A DNA stretch of 62,229 bases, filler included, from Dirinaria sp. TL-2023a (taxonomy: Eukaryota): the NCBI GenBank assembly GCA_051941275.1. It is 5 parts of 5 records of this genome, joined end to end, with 100 filler letters (N's around TTAATTAATTAA, not from the genome) between each part and the next. Parts side by side here need not be neighbours in the genome. Positions count along the whole stretch, not along the records: positions 1 to 12,445 come from JAVEBF010000767.1; positions 12,546 to 24,932 come from JAVEBF010000769.1; 3 more parts are not named here. One strand, 5' to 3'. Positions 10,470-21,884 of this stretch are shown here, piece by piece (position 1 is the stretch's first letter; each line of letters opens with the position of its first letter). The notes below the pieces were generated by a model, which ran no database searches, was not told where the DNA came from, and saw nothing but the letters and a program-made list of their open reading frames with translations. Both the position numbers and the translations under genes were made by a program.

Positions 10470-12445
10470 TCCAAATCCAAAGCCGGGTTAGAGTAGGTGG
10501 CCGAATCGGTGCTCTGTTCATAGTAGTAAAAACAAAAATTGTTATATCCCTCAAGCACCAAAAAGAAAATTTGACCTTGACCTTCAATTCTCAAAGATCC
10601 TCCCCCATATTCCCTCCTCTTTCCAGCTCGTCCAAATACCTTTCCATATAAAGAAACTTTATCCTCACGTCCTATCGCCAACAAACATCTTTCATAAATC
10701 CCCAATCCTATCACGCTTCACCTTCGTGGTCACGCATCCCCTCCAATCCTTCAATTCATCCATCCCAAAGAAAAAATTCAAAAGAATCTCTCGAAACTCT
10801 TCGAGTCTTCAAACCACGAAAAGAAAAACAACCCACCCCCCCTTCCATCTTTCCTATCCGCCCGCATACTCAGCCATATAACTAACTCTCTGTGGCCTCA
10901 AAATTCCAAGGCTTTTCCTTCTGTTCCTCGACAACTATTTGAAACCCGTTTCTTTGGACTTTTTGGACGGTAACATTGCTGCTACTATTACACTCTGTCA
11001 AATCACGCAATCCAGATCTGATATATGTAAGATTACGAAAAGCGATGCCCTCTTCACACATGCTTGCTTCTATGACAGTCGGTACATCTCGTTCCCAGGT
11101 ATATGGAGATCTTCTACACCAGAAATAGCTAGGCTGTTAGTTGGAACAAATAAGTAGAAGTTACACATGTAAGATGTGGAGTATATGAGTATATTCCTCA
11201 CGCTATAAGAGAGAAAATAATAGTCGAGCCGGTAGATTCAAAGGCGGTTTTTGTACAGGTGGACAAAAGGGGGGGGGGCGCTTTGTACCCTTTTCTTTTT
11301 TTGTGCAGGGGAATTTGAACACTACTCAAATGTATGTATGTATGTATGTACGCTTAAGGAAGAAAACTGAAGGCCGGAGAATCGGTTTGGATACATATAT
11401 CGATAGTCAGGAAGGGACAGAAGCGCATGAGATGGAGCGTGGCTTTTTTCATCGCTAACTTCGTCTCAATTTGCCTTTCTTTTTGTGGGAACCTTCAGGA
11501 TGGGGTCGCTATCTCTCTGTGCGCCGAGTTTAAACCGTCGTCGTCATCATCGCTATCATCATGAGCAGTGAATCAAAAACAAACGAAGCAAATCGCGTAT
11601 TCCTTCCATCGCGACGCATATCCCCCTCCTTTCCCCCTTTCTACTATCAAATACAGTTAACACGAGTAAAAACGTCGAAACCTACATCACCTTAGAACCC
11701 AGCACAAGTTCCGAAAAGAGATACAGTTCCACACCAAGCCACATTCTCCGCTGCCGAGAGTATTACATTAGATATCATATTCACTGGTGACGGGCTCTTG
11801 GATTTCTATTATAAAGAGCGGAGAACCGCCAAAAAAAAAAAAAGTAAGAAAAACAGAAAAAACTTCTTCGACTTTCGTTCAAGAAGAATATAAATATGTG
11901 GGGGTTTGAGGGAAAAAAAAAGAGACAGAGGGGGCCGAATGGCGGTTGAGATCGATTGATAATACAGGCGTCATGATTCAGAGGGATAGGATTGAGGATG
12001 GAGGATGAGAGGTATATATACATCGCGGTGTGTGTGTGTGAAGAAGATGATTTGGGATTTGTTTTTTTTTTTTTTTGGAAGTTTTCTGATGTATGTATGA
12101 TACCTACGTACGTAGCGTCTTCAGCTCTGAAACCAGAAAAAAGGGGGAACTCTTTGATCGATCCGATCGTGGAATATTTATGCCTTCCATATCTGGGGCT
12201 GAAAATGCAAGAGAAGGTAGATAATCTTGCATACTCGAGCTCGACTCGAGGATTTAAAACCTGTCTATCACCAGATCACATCAGTCCCATACCTCTCAAA
12301 CAATAAACTTCACAGACCCCACATACCTGCCTGCTCACAACGATATACGTGCCGAACGCAGTCTACTATCTCCTCGACTACGGCGGCACATCCCGCTTCT
12401 CTCTCAAAATATCCTCTCCATTTTCCCCAAGCCATTCCCTTGTCC

Positions 12446-12545
12446 NNNNNNNNNNNNNNNNNNNNNNNNNNNNNNNNNNNNNNNNNNNNTTAATTAATTA
12501 ANNNNNNNNNNNNNNNNNNNNNNNNNNNNNNNNNNNNNNNNNNNN
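12446..12545. other. Artificial contig linker (N44-TTAATTAATTAA-N44)
   Basis: Exactly 100 nt. The 12-mer gives stops in all six frames. Four identical copies in the window. Confidence 0.98.

Positions 12546-12576
<31 letters not shown>
12546..12576 (+). repeat. Poly(A)31 at the start of contig 2
   Basis: Homopolymer abutting the linker, likely the cause of the assembly break. Confidence 0.9.
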
Positions 12577-12579
<3 letters not shown>

Positions 12580-13207
12580 TGTAATATATATTAAAGTAGT
12601 TCAAATCCTGAGTTTTCTGCTGCATGGGGATGCGGTTAGGAATTGGAGTAAGGTAATGTAAAAGGTAGATTATTTGACTGATGGAAAGCTAACCTTTACC
12701 TTGCCCTACGACCAAGTCCCGCATGAAGAGAGGTATATACAAAACCTAAAGTACCTAACCTCCTACCTATGTATCCAGGACCCCCCCCCCGTTCTCCAAA
12801 AAAAAAAAAAAAGGTTCAGTCAAATCACCACCACCGTCACCACCTTAAGCATAAGGTAAAGTAGGTGATTCAAATTCAAAGGCTGTCACATAACTTTTTT
12901 CTTAAAAAAAAGGGATGCTACTCTGACGCTAGTAAAAAATAAACAGATACCCACTGAGCCTCCCATATTTTTTCCCTTCCAGAACCTGATGGCCCCCTTT
13001 GCCCACCGGCGGCGGGACGCTCTTAAACCCCGGTTTTTTTTTTTCTCTATGCAAAGATACTTTAGCTTCGATTTTCCCCCCCCCTCCTTTTCTATTCGAG
13101 TGGTAAACCCCCGGCTAAACCTCCACTCTCTGGATGGAGAAGAGAGATGTCGATGTCAGGTACCATACGAGAGAGAGAGATCATGAAGTCATGTCCGAAT
13201 CAGCTAT

Positions 13208-16200
13208 TCAGCCCGGCTCGCCCTCGGGGACCGATTTTCCTTTCTCGGGAGCCTCCGATCCCGCAGGATCCAGCACCCCATTCGTCGTCACATGATCCGT
13301 ATTCGCAGCCGCCGGAGGTATCTCCTTGGTAGCCTCACTCGCTTCCACATCCTTTTCTTTTTCATCCCGAAGAACGCGTTCTTCCTCTCGGGGTTTATCC
13401 TCCTCGTTAGTAGAAGCCACTTCATTTTTACTACTACTCTCTTCTGGCATTCCGGGTCTAGCCGCGGCCGCTGGAGCCTCGGCATCGGCTCCCTTCGCCT
13501 TGCGCCTCATTCCATCCAGCGAAGCCCTGAGACTGGTCATCAACGCCACTTCCTGCGGATGGTCCGGCGTGCCTGCTCCGTACCCTGGTAGAGTGGAATA
13601 AGTCTGTGTGCCGAGCACACGTGCTATGGCGGATGACAGGAGGTGTTCGCCGAAAATCTTGTCGGGAAATTCGCGCAGAAGTGAGGCGCGGAAGCGGTCG
13701 AGGAATTGTCGCGTTTCCGGGGGGGTGTCTGCGGGAATAGGGGCCGCTGTGGGGCAGGCTTGTGGAGGCAGGGCGGATTTCGGCAGTTGCTGCTGCTGTT
13801 GTTGGGGAGTAGGTGGAGGTTGCGGCTTACTGTCTTGCTGAGGGGGGTTGGAAGAAGATAGATCTTGAGGGTTGGGAGAGGTGGTAGTGGTTTCGTTGCC
13901 ATTTGGAACGGGGGAAGCACGTGTGTTTGACATTGCTTGCGGTTGCTGGCCGTTCTGGGAAGACGGTCCATATGGGGATTGATAGGTCGATGACGTATCC
14001 GCTGCCGCATTGATGATCGGCAGAGGACCATTGGGTCTCTGTGGGAGAGGGAAAGCCGCAGGTGCGTAACCCGGTGGCGGATGCGTACCAGGGTGCATAT
14101 ATGGCGGTAAGCCAGCAGCCGGTGGGCCGTAATGCGGGTACGGTACGCCATTAGGTGGAAGAGGCATGCCAGTGTAGTATGAATTGTATGGTTGTTGGTG
14201 TTGTAGCATATGGTGTGGGTAGAATTGGTGAGGTGGAGCTTGCGGTGAAGGGGCTCTGCGTTTCTTCTCCTTTTCTATAGAAACACCGGGTTTGAGTCCC
14301 CACATCCAGCCTTTGCCTTCTCGCTCCATCTTCTCGAAGGCTTCGTGCTGCAGGAGATTATGACGGATGCTGCTTTGCCAGCCCACCGTAGTAACGACAA
14401 ATTTGAAGTAGGGGTACTTCCTTGCAATGGCACTGTAGATCTGATGCAGAGACATAGGGCCTTTCCCAGCTTCGGCATGCTCTGTAAGTGCCTCATGTAT
14501 CAGAACAACATACGAAGCTGTCGGTTTAGCCAGCTGCTCTTCCGTCAGACTGTTCTTGTCAATCACCGGCGACGGTGATCTTGGAGGTTTTGACGGTTTC
14601 TTCTCCTTCGCCGGCTTCGCCTCCAGAATTTTCTCTGGGGCAACGGAGTCTGTCCGTTCGGTGCTTTCTCGGGCACCCTGCTGCTCTTGAACCGCATCGC
14701 CTTTACTTTTCCTTTTCGTGTATTTCCTCTTTCCATTAGGCTGCAAATTTGTGGCTTCCCGCTGTACTTCAGGGCTGTCTTTCCTTGGCTTTTCCTTCGA
14801 AACTCCGTTTGCACCCTTCTGCACTCCTGCTCTGGCCTCTTCCTTGGCTTGCCTTGCAAGTATCGCCTGCTCCCTTTTTGACATAATGCCATTCTTTGGA
14901 GGTCGACCAGGGCCTTTGCGTTTTTGAGTGGGCGGAAGAGGCTCGGGTTCCGGAGGCCGTTTGCTAGCCTTTCCAGATTTACTTTTTGTGGGAGCTGCTT
15001 TCTCCGGAGCCTGCTTCTTTGCTGGTTTTCGAACTCTTTGCACTCGTCTGACTGGGACATCTGACTCGCCCGCGCTTTCTGCATCTTCTCTATCACGGTC
15101 TTCGCTACTGCTTTCCATGCTAGTGTGCTGTGCAAAATTGAGCCTACCTCCAGACACATAATCCGGACTTGTGTTGCTCTCGGCACCGGTATCACCCACT
15201 GGAACGTCAGGTAGTTGAAATTTGACGCTTACACCTCCTATTTGGATGAGGCTGCCATTTGTGAGCGGACGAATGTCGCCAGCAGCACAGAACTCATCGT
15301 CAACATAAGCTCCATTTCGGCCGAGAACGTGGATCTGGAAGTAATGTTTTTCGAAGTCGAAGGCAATTTTGACATGCTTCCGTGAAATTGCTTTATGACT
15401 TCCAACTGCATCCTCTGATGGGCCTTCTCCTGCGTCTTGCCCGTTGTCATCCGTTTGAAGCTCTCTTGATACGGGTGGATGGATTGGGATCAAAGGGCAC
15501 GCTTCAGGGGACGGTATGGGAAGTTCATATCGGCCATACAGCTGGAATGCTTCGACGCCCAGGAGCGACGCCATAGCTAGGGCTTGGTAGTCCGTAGTTT
15601 GTATTTTGGGAGCGAACAACATGGAACTTTTCCGAGACATCTGCTGAGACGAAGAACTCGTGGATGGCCTCGTAAGTCTGAGTCCATCGCCAGATTCAGA
15701 GTCTGAGCGATCCACAGCAATGACACCTCCGTTTTCACTAACCACACTACTGGGATGATGATGTCGAGACCGTTTTCGCCTTGCTCTGTGTGACGCGTAT
15801 GAAACATCTCCACTACTTGCACTCCGCTTCCGTCTCTTTGTGATGGAAACCTCATCCGACTCCCCGGCTTTGTGGAGGGCTTGCCGAGCCGAGAAAAGGT
15901 CGCGCCCAAGTTCGACGGAATAGGTGTTCATGTAGAACTCGCCATCGTCGAATTCGAGCTTGGCAAAGGCGGATATGCGTGGCATGTCTGATTCATCCAT
16001 GGAGGGCGCTGCGGTGGTGGCCGTGTATTCGTCGGCGTCGCTTTGCGGCTGGTTTTCGCGTGATGACTGGGTCATCGAACGTGTAGTCTTGGGTGTAGAA
16101 AAGTGTTTTTGGTATCGTTTGAGGTTCGCTTTAGGTGAAGGGCTGATGGGCTCGGCGTCGCCTGCCGCAGTTGCACTTGCCGGGGCCAGGGTCTCAAGGT

Positions 16201-16426
16201 CTTTATGATATTTGAGGTCCTCGGAATCCATGGCCTCTTGTGCGCTTTCTATATGCTGGCCTCCACTTCCACTCATATCCTTGCCTCCCGACGGCGTCTC
16301 TGGCTTTAAGCCCATTCCAGCAGGAGCGTCTGGCGATGGTTCATCTTGTCCTTCGAATGGCAAGGTCTGAGGGGAACCTTCGAGCTTGACAGGTGGCAGC
16401 CCTTCGTCGGTGCTTCCTCCGTCCAT
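13208..16426 (-). CDS. FHL1: FHA + forkhead domain transcription factor (Fhl1-like), 1072 aa, intronless
   Basis: AFAKLEFDDGEFYMNTYSVELGRD and ISRKHVKI...LGRNGAYVD (FHA). AT-hook KRKGPGRPPK. KP..SYVVLIHEAL...GWQSSIRHNL...F.K....GKGW.W (forkhead). Confidence 0.9.
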   Translation of the reverse strand: MDGGSTDEGLPPVKLEGSPQTLPFEGQDEPSPDAPAGMGLKPETPSGGKDMSGSGGQHIESAQEAMDSEDLKYHKDLETLAPASATAAGDAEPISPSPKANLKRYQKHFSTPKTTRSMTQSSRENQPQSDADEYTATTAAPSMDESDMPRISAFAKLEFDDGEFYMNTYSVELGRDLFSARQALHKAGESDEVSITKRRKRSASSGDVSYASHRARRKRSRHHHPSSVVSENGGVIAVDRSDSESGDGLRLTRPSTSSSSQQMSRKSSMLFAPKIQTTDYQALAMASLLGVEAFQLYGRYELPIPSPEACPLIPIHPPVSRELQTDDNGQDAGEGPSEDAVGSHKAISRKHVKIAFDFEKHYFQIHVLGRNGAYVDDEFCAAGDIRPLTNGSLIQIGGVSVKFQLPDVPVGDTGAESNTSPDYVSGGRLNFAQHTSMESSSEDRDREDAESAGESDVPVRRVQRVRKPAKKQAPEKAAPTKSKSGKASKRPPEPEPLPPTQKRKGPGRPPKNGIMSKREQAILARQAKEEARAGVQKGANGVSKEKPRKDSPEVQREATNLQPNGKRKYTKRKSKGDAVQEQQGARESTERTDSVAPEKILEAKPAKEKKPSKPPRSPSPVIDKNSLTEEQLAKPTASYVVLIHEALTEHAEAGKGPMSLHQIYSAIARKYPYFKFVVTTVGWQSSIRHNLLQHEAFEKMEREGKGWMWGLKPGVSIEKEKKRRAPSPQAPPHQFYPHHMLQHQQPYNSYYTGMPLPPNGVPYPHYGPPAAGLPPYMHPGTHPPPGYAPAAFPLPQRPNGPLPIINAAADTSSTYQSPYGPSSQNGQQPQAMSNTRASPVPNGNETTTTSPNPQDLSSSNPPQQDSKPQPPPTPQQQQQQLPKSALPPQACPTAAPIPADTPPETRQFLDRFRASLLREFPDKIFGEHLLSSAIARVLGTQTYSTLPGYGAGTPDHPQEVALMTSLRASLDGMRRKAKGADAEAPAAAARPGMPEESSSKNEVASTNEEDKPREEERVLRDEKEKDVEASEATKEIPPAAANTDHVTTNGVLDPAGSEAPEKGKSVPEGEPG

Positions 16427-17018
16427 GCCTACGCCGGTTTAAACATCGCTCTGAGGTGTACCTGCTCTGTCGAGTGGTATCATCTGTCAATGTCATGTGT
16501 TGATGAGGGCTTAGCTTCAGTAGCTTCAGACAGCAGGTGATGCGGTGGCTGCAGGTCCGACCTGGCTTTTTTGGAGGGTAGGCAGTGTTGAAAAGGACTG
16601 CGCTTGGGTTTAAAAGAGCACACTACGGGTAAAAGACAAAAGTACTTCTATTTACTTCACTTCGAAGTCCAATAAGTTTCGTGCATATGTAGTGCATGGG
16701 GGGGATGATCATTAGCTAGTGAAGCTTGGCAGTGGTCAGTGTGCCTGCTTTGTCCATAACAATCAGGTTGAAACACTCAGGTAAGCCTAGCCGAGAAGAC
16801 TATCAAACTTGCCTTGTTGAGGTAAGGTAAATATGTGTTTGGGAGAGTCCCTTCATTTCACGGCAACCAGGATCGTCATCGAATTCCTCCCACAATTGAC
16901 ATCCACCACGTGTTAATACACTACGTGCGGTTCGAATACTTGCGGACTCTTCTAGGTCCGTGAGCACGGAATTTGGACTGATTGAGCTCCGCGTTTTCAT
17001 CTGATTCACCACCCAATA

Positions 17019-18259
17019 ATGCCTCCAAAATCCTCCAAAAAAGCTGCTCTTACCAAATCGAAGAGTGCTGTGCAAGAGCCTCTTCCCAACTGGCCCACAC
17101 TTCAGCCCCTGGTACCCTCATTGGACCTCTCCCTGGAAACTATTCTTGAAGGTCAGATAATTGTGATTCGAAACTTCCTTACTTCGACCCTTTGTAAAAA
17201 CTATGTGTCGTTTCTCCCGTCTTTGCCTCTCGTCACCACCCCAGGTCAGCCTAGGAAACATGAAGCGCTGAGAGTAAATGACCGATACCAAGTCGATGAT
17301 CCGGTATTTGCAGAGGCCCTGTGGAGCAAAACGGCTCTCAAAGAACTACTGACCGGATTCTCCAGTGATGCTGGGACGGAAGATGAAAAGCCAAGTACCG
17401 AGTCATTGAAGAAGCTTTGGGGAGGAGAGGTATTAGGTCTCAACCCAAGAGTGCGTATCTATCGATACGGGAAAGGTCAATTCTTCAATCAGCATTGTGA
17501 GTTCACTTTAGGGCATTCCCCCGTCGTCAGCTTGTGAATTCCTCCTACATGACACTCGATTGGAAGCAAGTCAGGGCAGTAGTTTCTCGTTTGCTTACCT
17601 ACAAAATACATTGGTTCCTATTCAGTTCAGAGCGAGCGTGAACGCTTAATCTATATCTGCGTTTCTAAGGAGAATATGAACGATCTTCTCAAGTCTGAAT
17701 GTCTCTTCTCACATTATCCATCTCGCGTAGCATTTACTGGAGTCCGTTATCGCTAGGATCACCAGCTGATTGTATTAATTACCAGATGACGAATCCAACA
17801 TCATTCAATTCCCGAGTGCACCGGCAATCCCTGCCAGAACTACTTGGACGTTGCTCATCTACCTTACTGGGCCAGCAACTGGCTGCAAGGGTGGCGAAAC
17901 AATCTTTTACCCCGAACTAGGCAAAGCAAAAGAGTTCTCGGGATCCGGAAGCGAGAGCGCAAAGCCGATAGCTGTCGGGTTAGAGGTCGGAATGGCACTT
18001 CTCCATAAGCAGTGAGTATCCTCTGTGGCCCCTATTCAGCGTGCCTCCATTATCTTTCAAAGACTATTTAGGTTGTAGTATCAAATTGCTTTATCTCTGC
18101 GCAAAACCAAAATTACGACGCAGGAGAGCTATGTCTAGATGTTTAAGACATAAATGCTAATTCAGCAACAGCGGACAAGATTGCTTGCTCCATGAAGGGT
18201 CCGAAGTCATGGAGGGCGAAAAATGGGTTATCCGAAGCGATATCTGCGTTAGAAGGTAA
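17019..18259 (+). CDS. 2OG-Fe(II) oxygenase, prolyl-4-hydroxylase-like, 3 exons
   Basis: R.NDR, GLNPRVRIYRY..GQFF..H-Y-D (spliced HxD), TLLIYL..C.GGET, LLHEG..V..GEKWVIRSD. Introns ~17497-17785 and 18012-18171. Confidence 0.9.
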
Positions 18260-18320
18260 CGACTGCCCTTTATAAATGGGGATGCTGCAAGAGTACTGCA
18301 ATACAAATTCCAGGCCTATT

Positions 18321-19037
18321 TTACCCCTCCGAAGCCTTTATCTTCTCGAAAATTTGGACAAACGCTTCTGGATCTTGCGCTCCACCAACTTCATACTGAT
18401 CCTGCACTGTGAAGTTCGGAACGCCGCTGATGCCGTGTATCTGCGCTTCGGTAACTTCTTTATCGACCTGGTCGCCCCCATCGTTGCCTTTCAACCATCC
18501 ATCGACCTCTTGAGCCTCAATTCCTGATTCTGTTGCCGCAGCCTTCAGTACCTCATGGCTTGTTATGTCTTGCTCGTTCTCGAAATACGCTGCAAACAAT
18601 GCTTCAACAACTTTAGTCTGCGTCTGCTCTCCTTTTTGACCCGCCATCTCGATCACTCTATGCGAATCTCGCGTGTTGCCGGTTTTGCCCCCAAAGCGAA
18701 AATTGACGCCCACTTCTTTCCCAACAGCCTCCAAACGCTCGAAGATCATGGCGGCTCTCTCGGGACCGAATTTTGAGGCGTACATCTGGCGCTTGTCGAC
18801 ACCAACTTTCGGTGCCGAGGGATTCAAATAATATGGCCGCCATTCCGTAGAAAAGATGTCATTTGGGTACTTCGATTTGTGGAGGACGATCGCGCGGTCG
18901 AGCTTTTTCTTGCCTATGTAGCACTATTTGCTTGTCAATGCTCGATTCACGGCTATAAAAGCAGACTCAACGCGGTTCCAGGAACGCACCCAAGGGCAAA
19001 CGGTATCTGAGACAACGGAGATATTGAAATTCGTCAT
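18321..19037 (-). CDS. DSBA-like thioredoxin (DsbA/FrnE family), 2 exons
   Basis: MTNFNISVVSDTVCPW|CYIGKK (CPWC active site split by an intron), GNTRDSHR and GISGVPNF cis-Pro motif. Confidence 0.92.
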
Positions 19038-19928
19038 TTTACGCGGTGTGGTTCGGAAAGCCAGATTGAATGTAGGCTGAAAAAGAAGATAAGGTCATGA
19101 AATGTACGACAGTGACTCCACAGGAAAATGTGCATTTATATAATAAGACATGGAACTAAAGTTAGGTGTGATTATCAATCATGGCCACCATCGGCATTTG
19201 ATCGGGGAATACTGAGATCACTTTGTCGCAAACGAGCCAAATGTGAAAAATTGATGCAAGTCTGAAAAGATCACTTCTCTACTCATCGAGCGACTCATCA
19301 AGAGATATCGGACATTCTGGCGGTCTCAATCACTTGGTGAACTGTTGAAGTACGCATGGAAGATTTTCACTGCTGCAAATTCGTCCGAGTTCTAACGGAA
19401 GCAAATAACTCCGAAATCTATTGCGGCTCACGTGACATTGAAAAAACTTCTTTATTCCGGATCTCTTGAAGCCGAACTGTGGTGACCACGGCAGTAACGG
19501 ATCAAGGTACTTTATCAGCGTATTTCTATATGCGCATTAAGGCCTTTTGGTCCTACGAGGTACCTTAGACGGGGAGACAGGGTTCCTTTCTACAACACTA
19601 TGTCAGTCGTCGGACGAAATGGCGGGCTATCGGTCCGCGCCACATACCTTGGCTTTGAATAGGTGTTGATTAATAATAGATGCATGCCCTGAGGAGCTGG
19701 CGCTCGAGCTTGATAATGAAGCATGAAGGATCTCTATACAAACTACAGCTAATGTCTCGGTATTGAGAACCCATAGTGCACATAGAAGAGCTCGCAGAGC
19801 CTACTTAAATTGACACATTCCCGCACTTGTATCCACAGCACCAGCAACAGTGTCTTTGCAAACTTCAATCTACTCCAATAAATCAATGGAAGTCTGATTG
19901 TCCAACAAACACAAAACTCCGCTTTGAA

Positions 19929-21016
19929 ATGGCCTCATTTAAAGGAACTTTCATCCTCACCGGGGCCAACGGTGGTCTCGGCGCCGCAACGGTAACCCGC
20001 TTTCTCGAATCCCCTGAATCGCAAACGAACAAAGGCGTATTTACTGTCCGCAATCCCGCAACGGCAGACGCTGCGAAAAGCGCTTTGCATGGATCGCCTA
20101 ACGCTGCTCAGCACGAGATAGTTCCTTTGGACATGAGCACCCTTGCTGGCGTCCGGACCGGCGCAGCTGAGATCAACCGCAAAGTAAAAGCAGGCGAATT
20201 TCCGCCTATTCGGGCACTGGTTCTCAATGCCGCAGTACAGGATGCCAAAGGGCAGAAGTTCACGGAAGATGGCTTCGAGTCCCACTTTGGGGTTAATTAT
20301 CTCGCGAACTGGCTATTGGTATTGCTGCTGTTGCAGAGTATGGATCCAGAAGAGGGAAGGATCATCATAGTAGCGAGCTGGAGCCATGACGCGCGCGACC
20401 CAAGAAATGCCATGTTTATTAAGAGGGAAGATCAAAAGACAATCTGGAGGAATCCGGAAGACATGGCGTACGAGAAGATCACGGATAATCCGAATGAGTT
20501 GTACGAAGCGGGGTACAGGCGGTACGGCCTGAGCAAGACGCTGATAGTAATGTTCACGTAATTTTATCTGTATACCGTTGTGCACCAGTGATTCTGACGA
20601 TTTCCTCCAGGTTCGAATTACAACGCCGTTTAGCATCCTCTTCTCGACTGTCGAATATTTCAGTCGTGTCGGTTGATCCAGGTGCGATGCCGAATACTGG
20701 CCTTGTCAAGGACGCCTCGCCGATGATTCAATTCTTGTTACATTACGTCCTTGGCTCTGTGATCAGCATTGTGACTTGGTTACGTCCTAACGGTGATTAT
20801 CGAACGCCATGGAAATCAGCAGGCGATCTGCTGAATGCTAGCTTCAATGAAACAGATTATGGAAAGCATCCTCAAGCCTTGTACTTGAACGGGTCTGCGA
20901 AGGCAAAAGCGGGCGCTGAAGCAAGGAACGAGCAATACCAGAAGGAGATGTGGAAGGCGAGCGTGAGGATGGCTAGACTTGAAGAGGGTGATACTGTACT
21001 TGAAAATTGGCAGTAG
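19929..21016 (+). CDS. Short-chain dehydrogenase/reductase, 2 exons
   Basis: TGANGGLG Rossmann motif, LNAA, YGLSK (YxxxK) and VDPG. Intron ~20559-20611. Confidence 0.92.
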
Positions 21017-21884
21017 GACACTGCTCCGCGCATGCTCCTAGGGTAAGACTAATCAAGCCAGAATCATGCAGCTCTATAGTGACATCAAGTTATCACTACT
21101 GAGTAATGTAGTTACAAGTATTTCACTCATGCTCCTTTCGTTAAAACATAAAGCAAAAATTCCGTATAATGTTAGTTAGTAAGCCACAGTAGACTTAATT
21201 AACAATCCTTCATAAGATTCAAGAATTAGAATCTCTTGATCTTTCGGCGCAAGGGGGGAAAAAAAAAAAAAAAAAAAAAATTTTAGCTGCGCATGCATGA
21301 ACCATATGGAACTTGGCTACCTACTATGCTTCTACGCCCCTAAAGGACCTCACACAGGGATACCAAGGGCTTTTAGAGGGTTGCATTTCCCAGGCCTTAC
21401 AGTAAGGTAAGGTAAGGTAGTCTTGGCCCTGGGCCTGACAGTTGGCAAGCGTAGAGTTTCTGCAAGCCATCTATCGATCGACTGGCTGAACTTCCGCTTT
21501 AGTCCTCTAGCTCTGCTCCTTTGCTTCATCTCGCTAAACTGTTTGTGAGAGCAGACCGTTTCCGATATGAGATCATAGTCTCTGATTTGTTCGCTGCATC
21601 GCGCTGTCCCTCGGCGCTGTGCCCTACTTGGGTCGCCACAAGCGTCGCGGGGACCAATTCGGCCAATGGGCGTAGCATTCTTTCTCGCCGGCGTCCCCAA
21701 GTTTAGAGTGGCTCTAGAAGCTAATCCGACTGCTTCTCGACCAATTTTCCATGTTTCGTTGTCGCTCGTTTGAAGATTCTGAACAGAGGGAGGATAGGAA
21801 GGAGAGCTGGCGGCGTCTAAATCGGGATTATTATGAAGATATGAGACGGTTGGTAAGTGTTGAACAATTGGATGTTGTGCAAAG

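Noticed and set aside
10700..12445. Homopolymer- and (TATG)n-rich stretch with short ORFs
   Set aside because: Low-complexity intergenic DNA; the ORFs are compositional artefacts.
17497..17785. Unusually long intron as a possible snoRNA host
   Set aside because: I could not see a convincing C box (RTGATGA)/D box pair or H/ACA structure; an Infernal scan would be needed.
18259..18321. Convergent genes with stops only ~61 bp apart
   Set aside because: Common in compact fungal genomes; no further evidence of antisense regulation.
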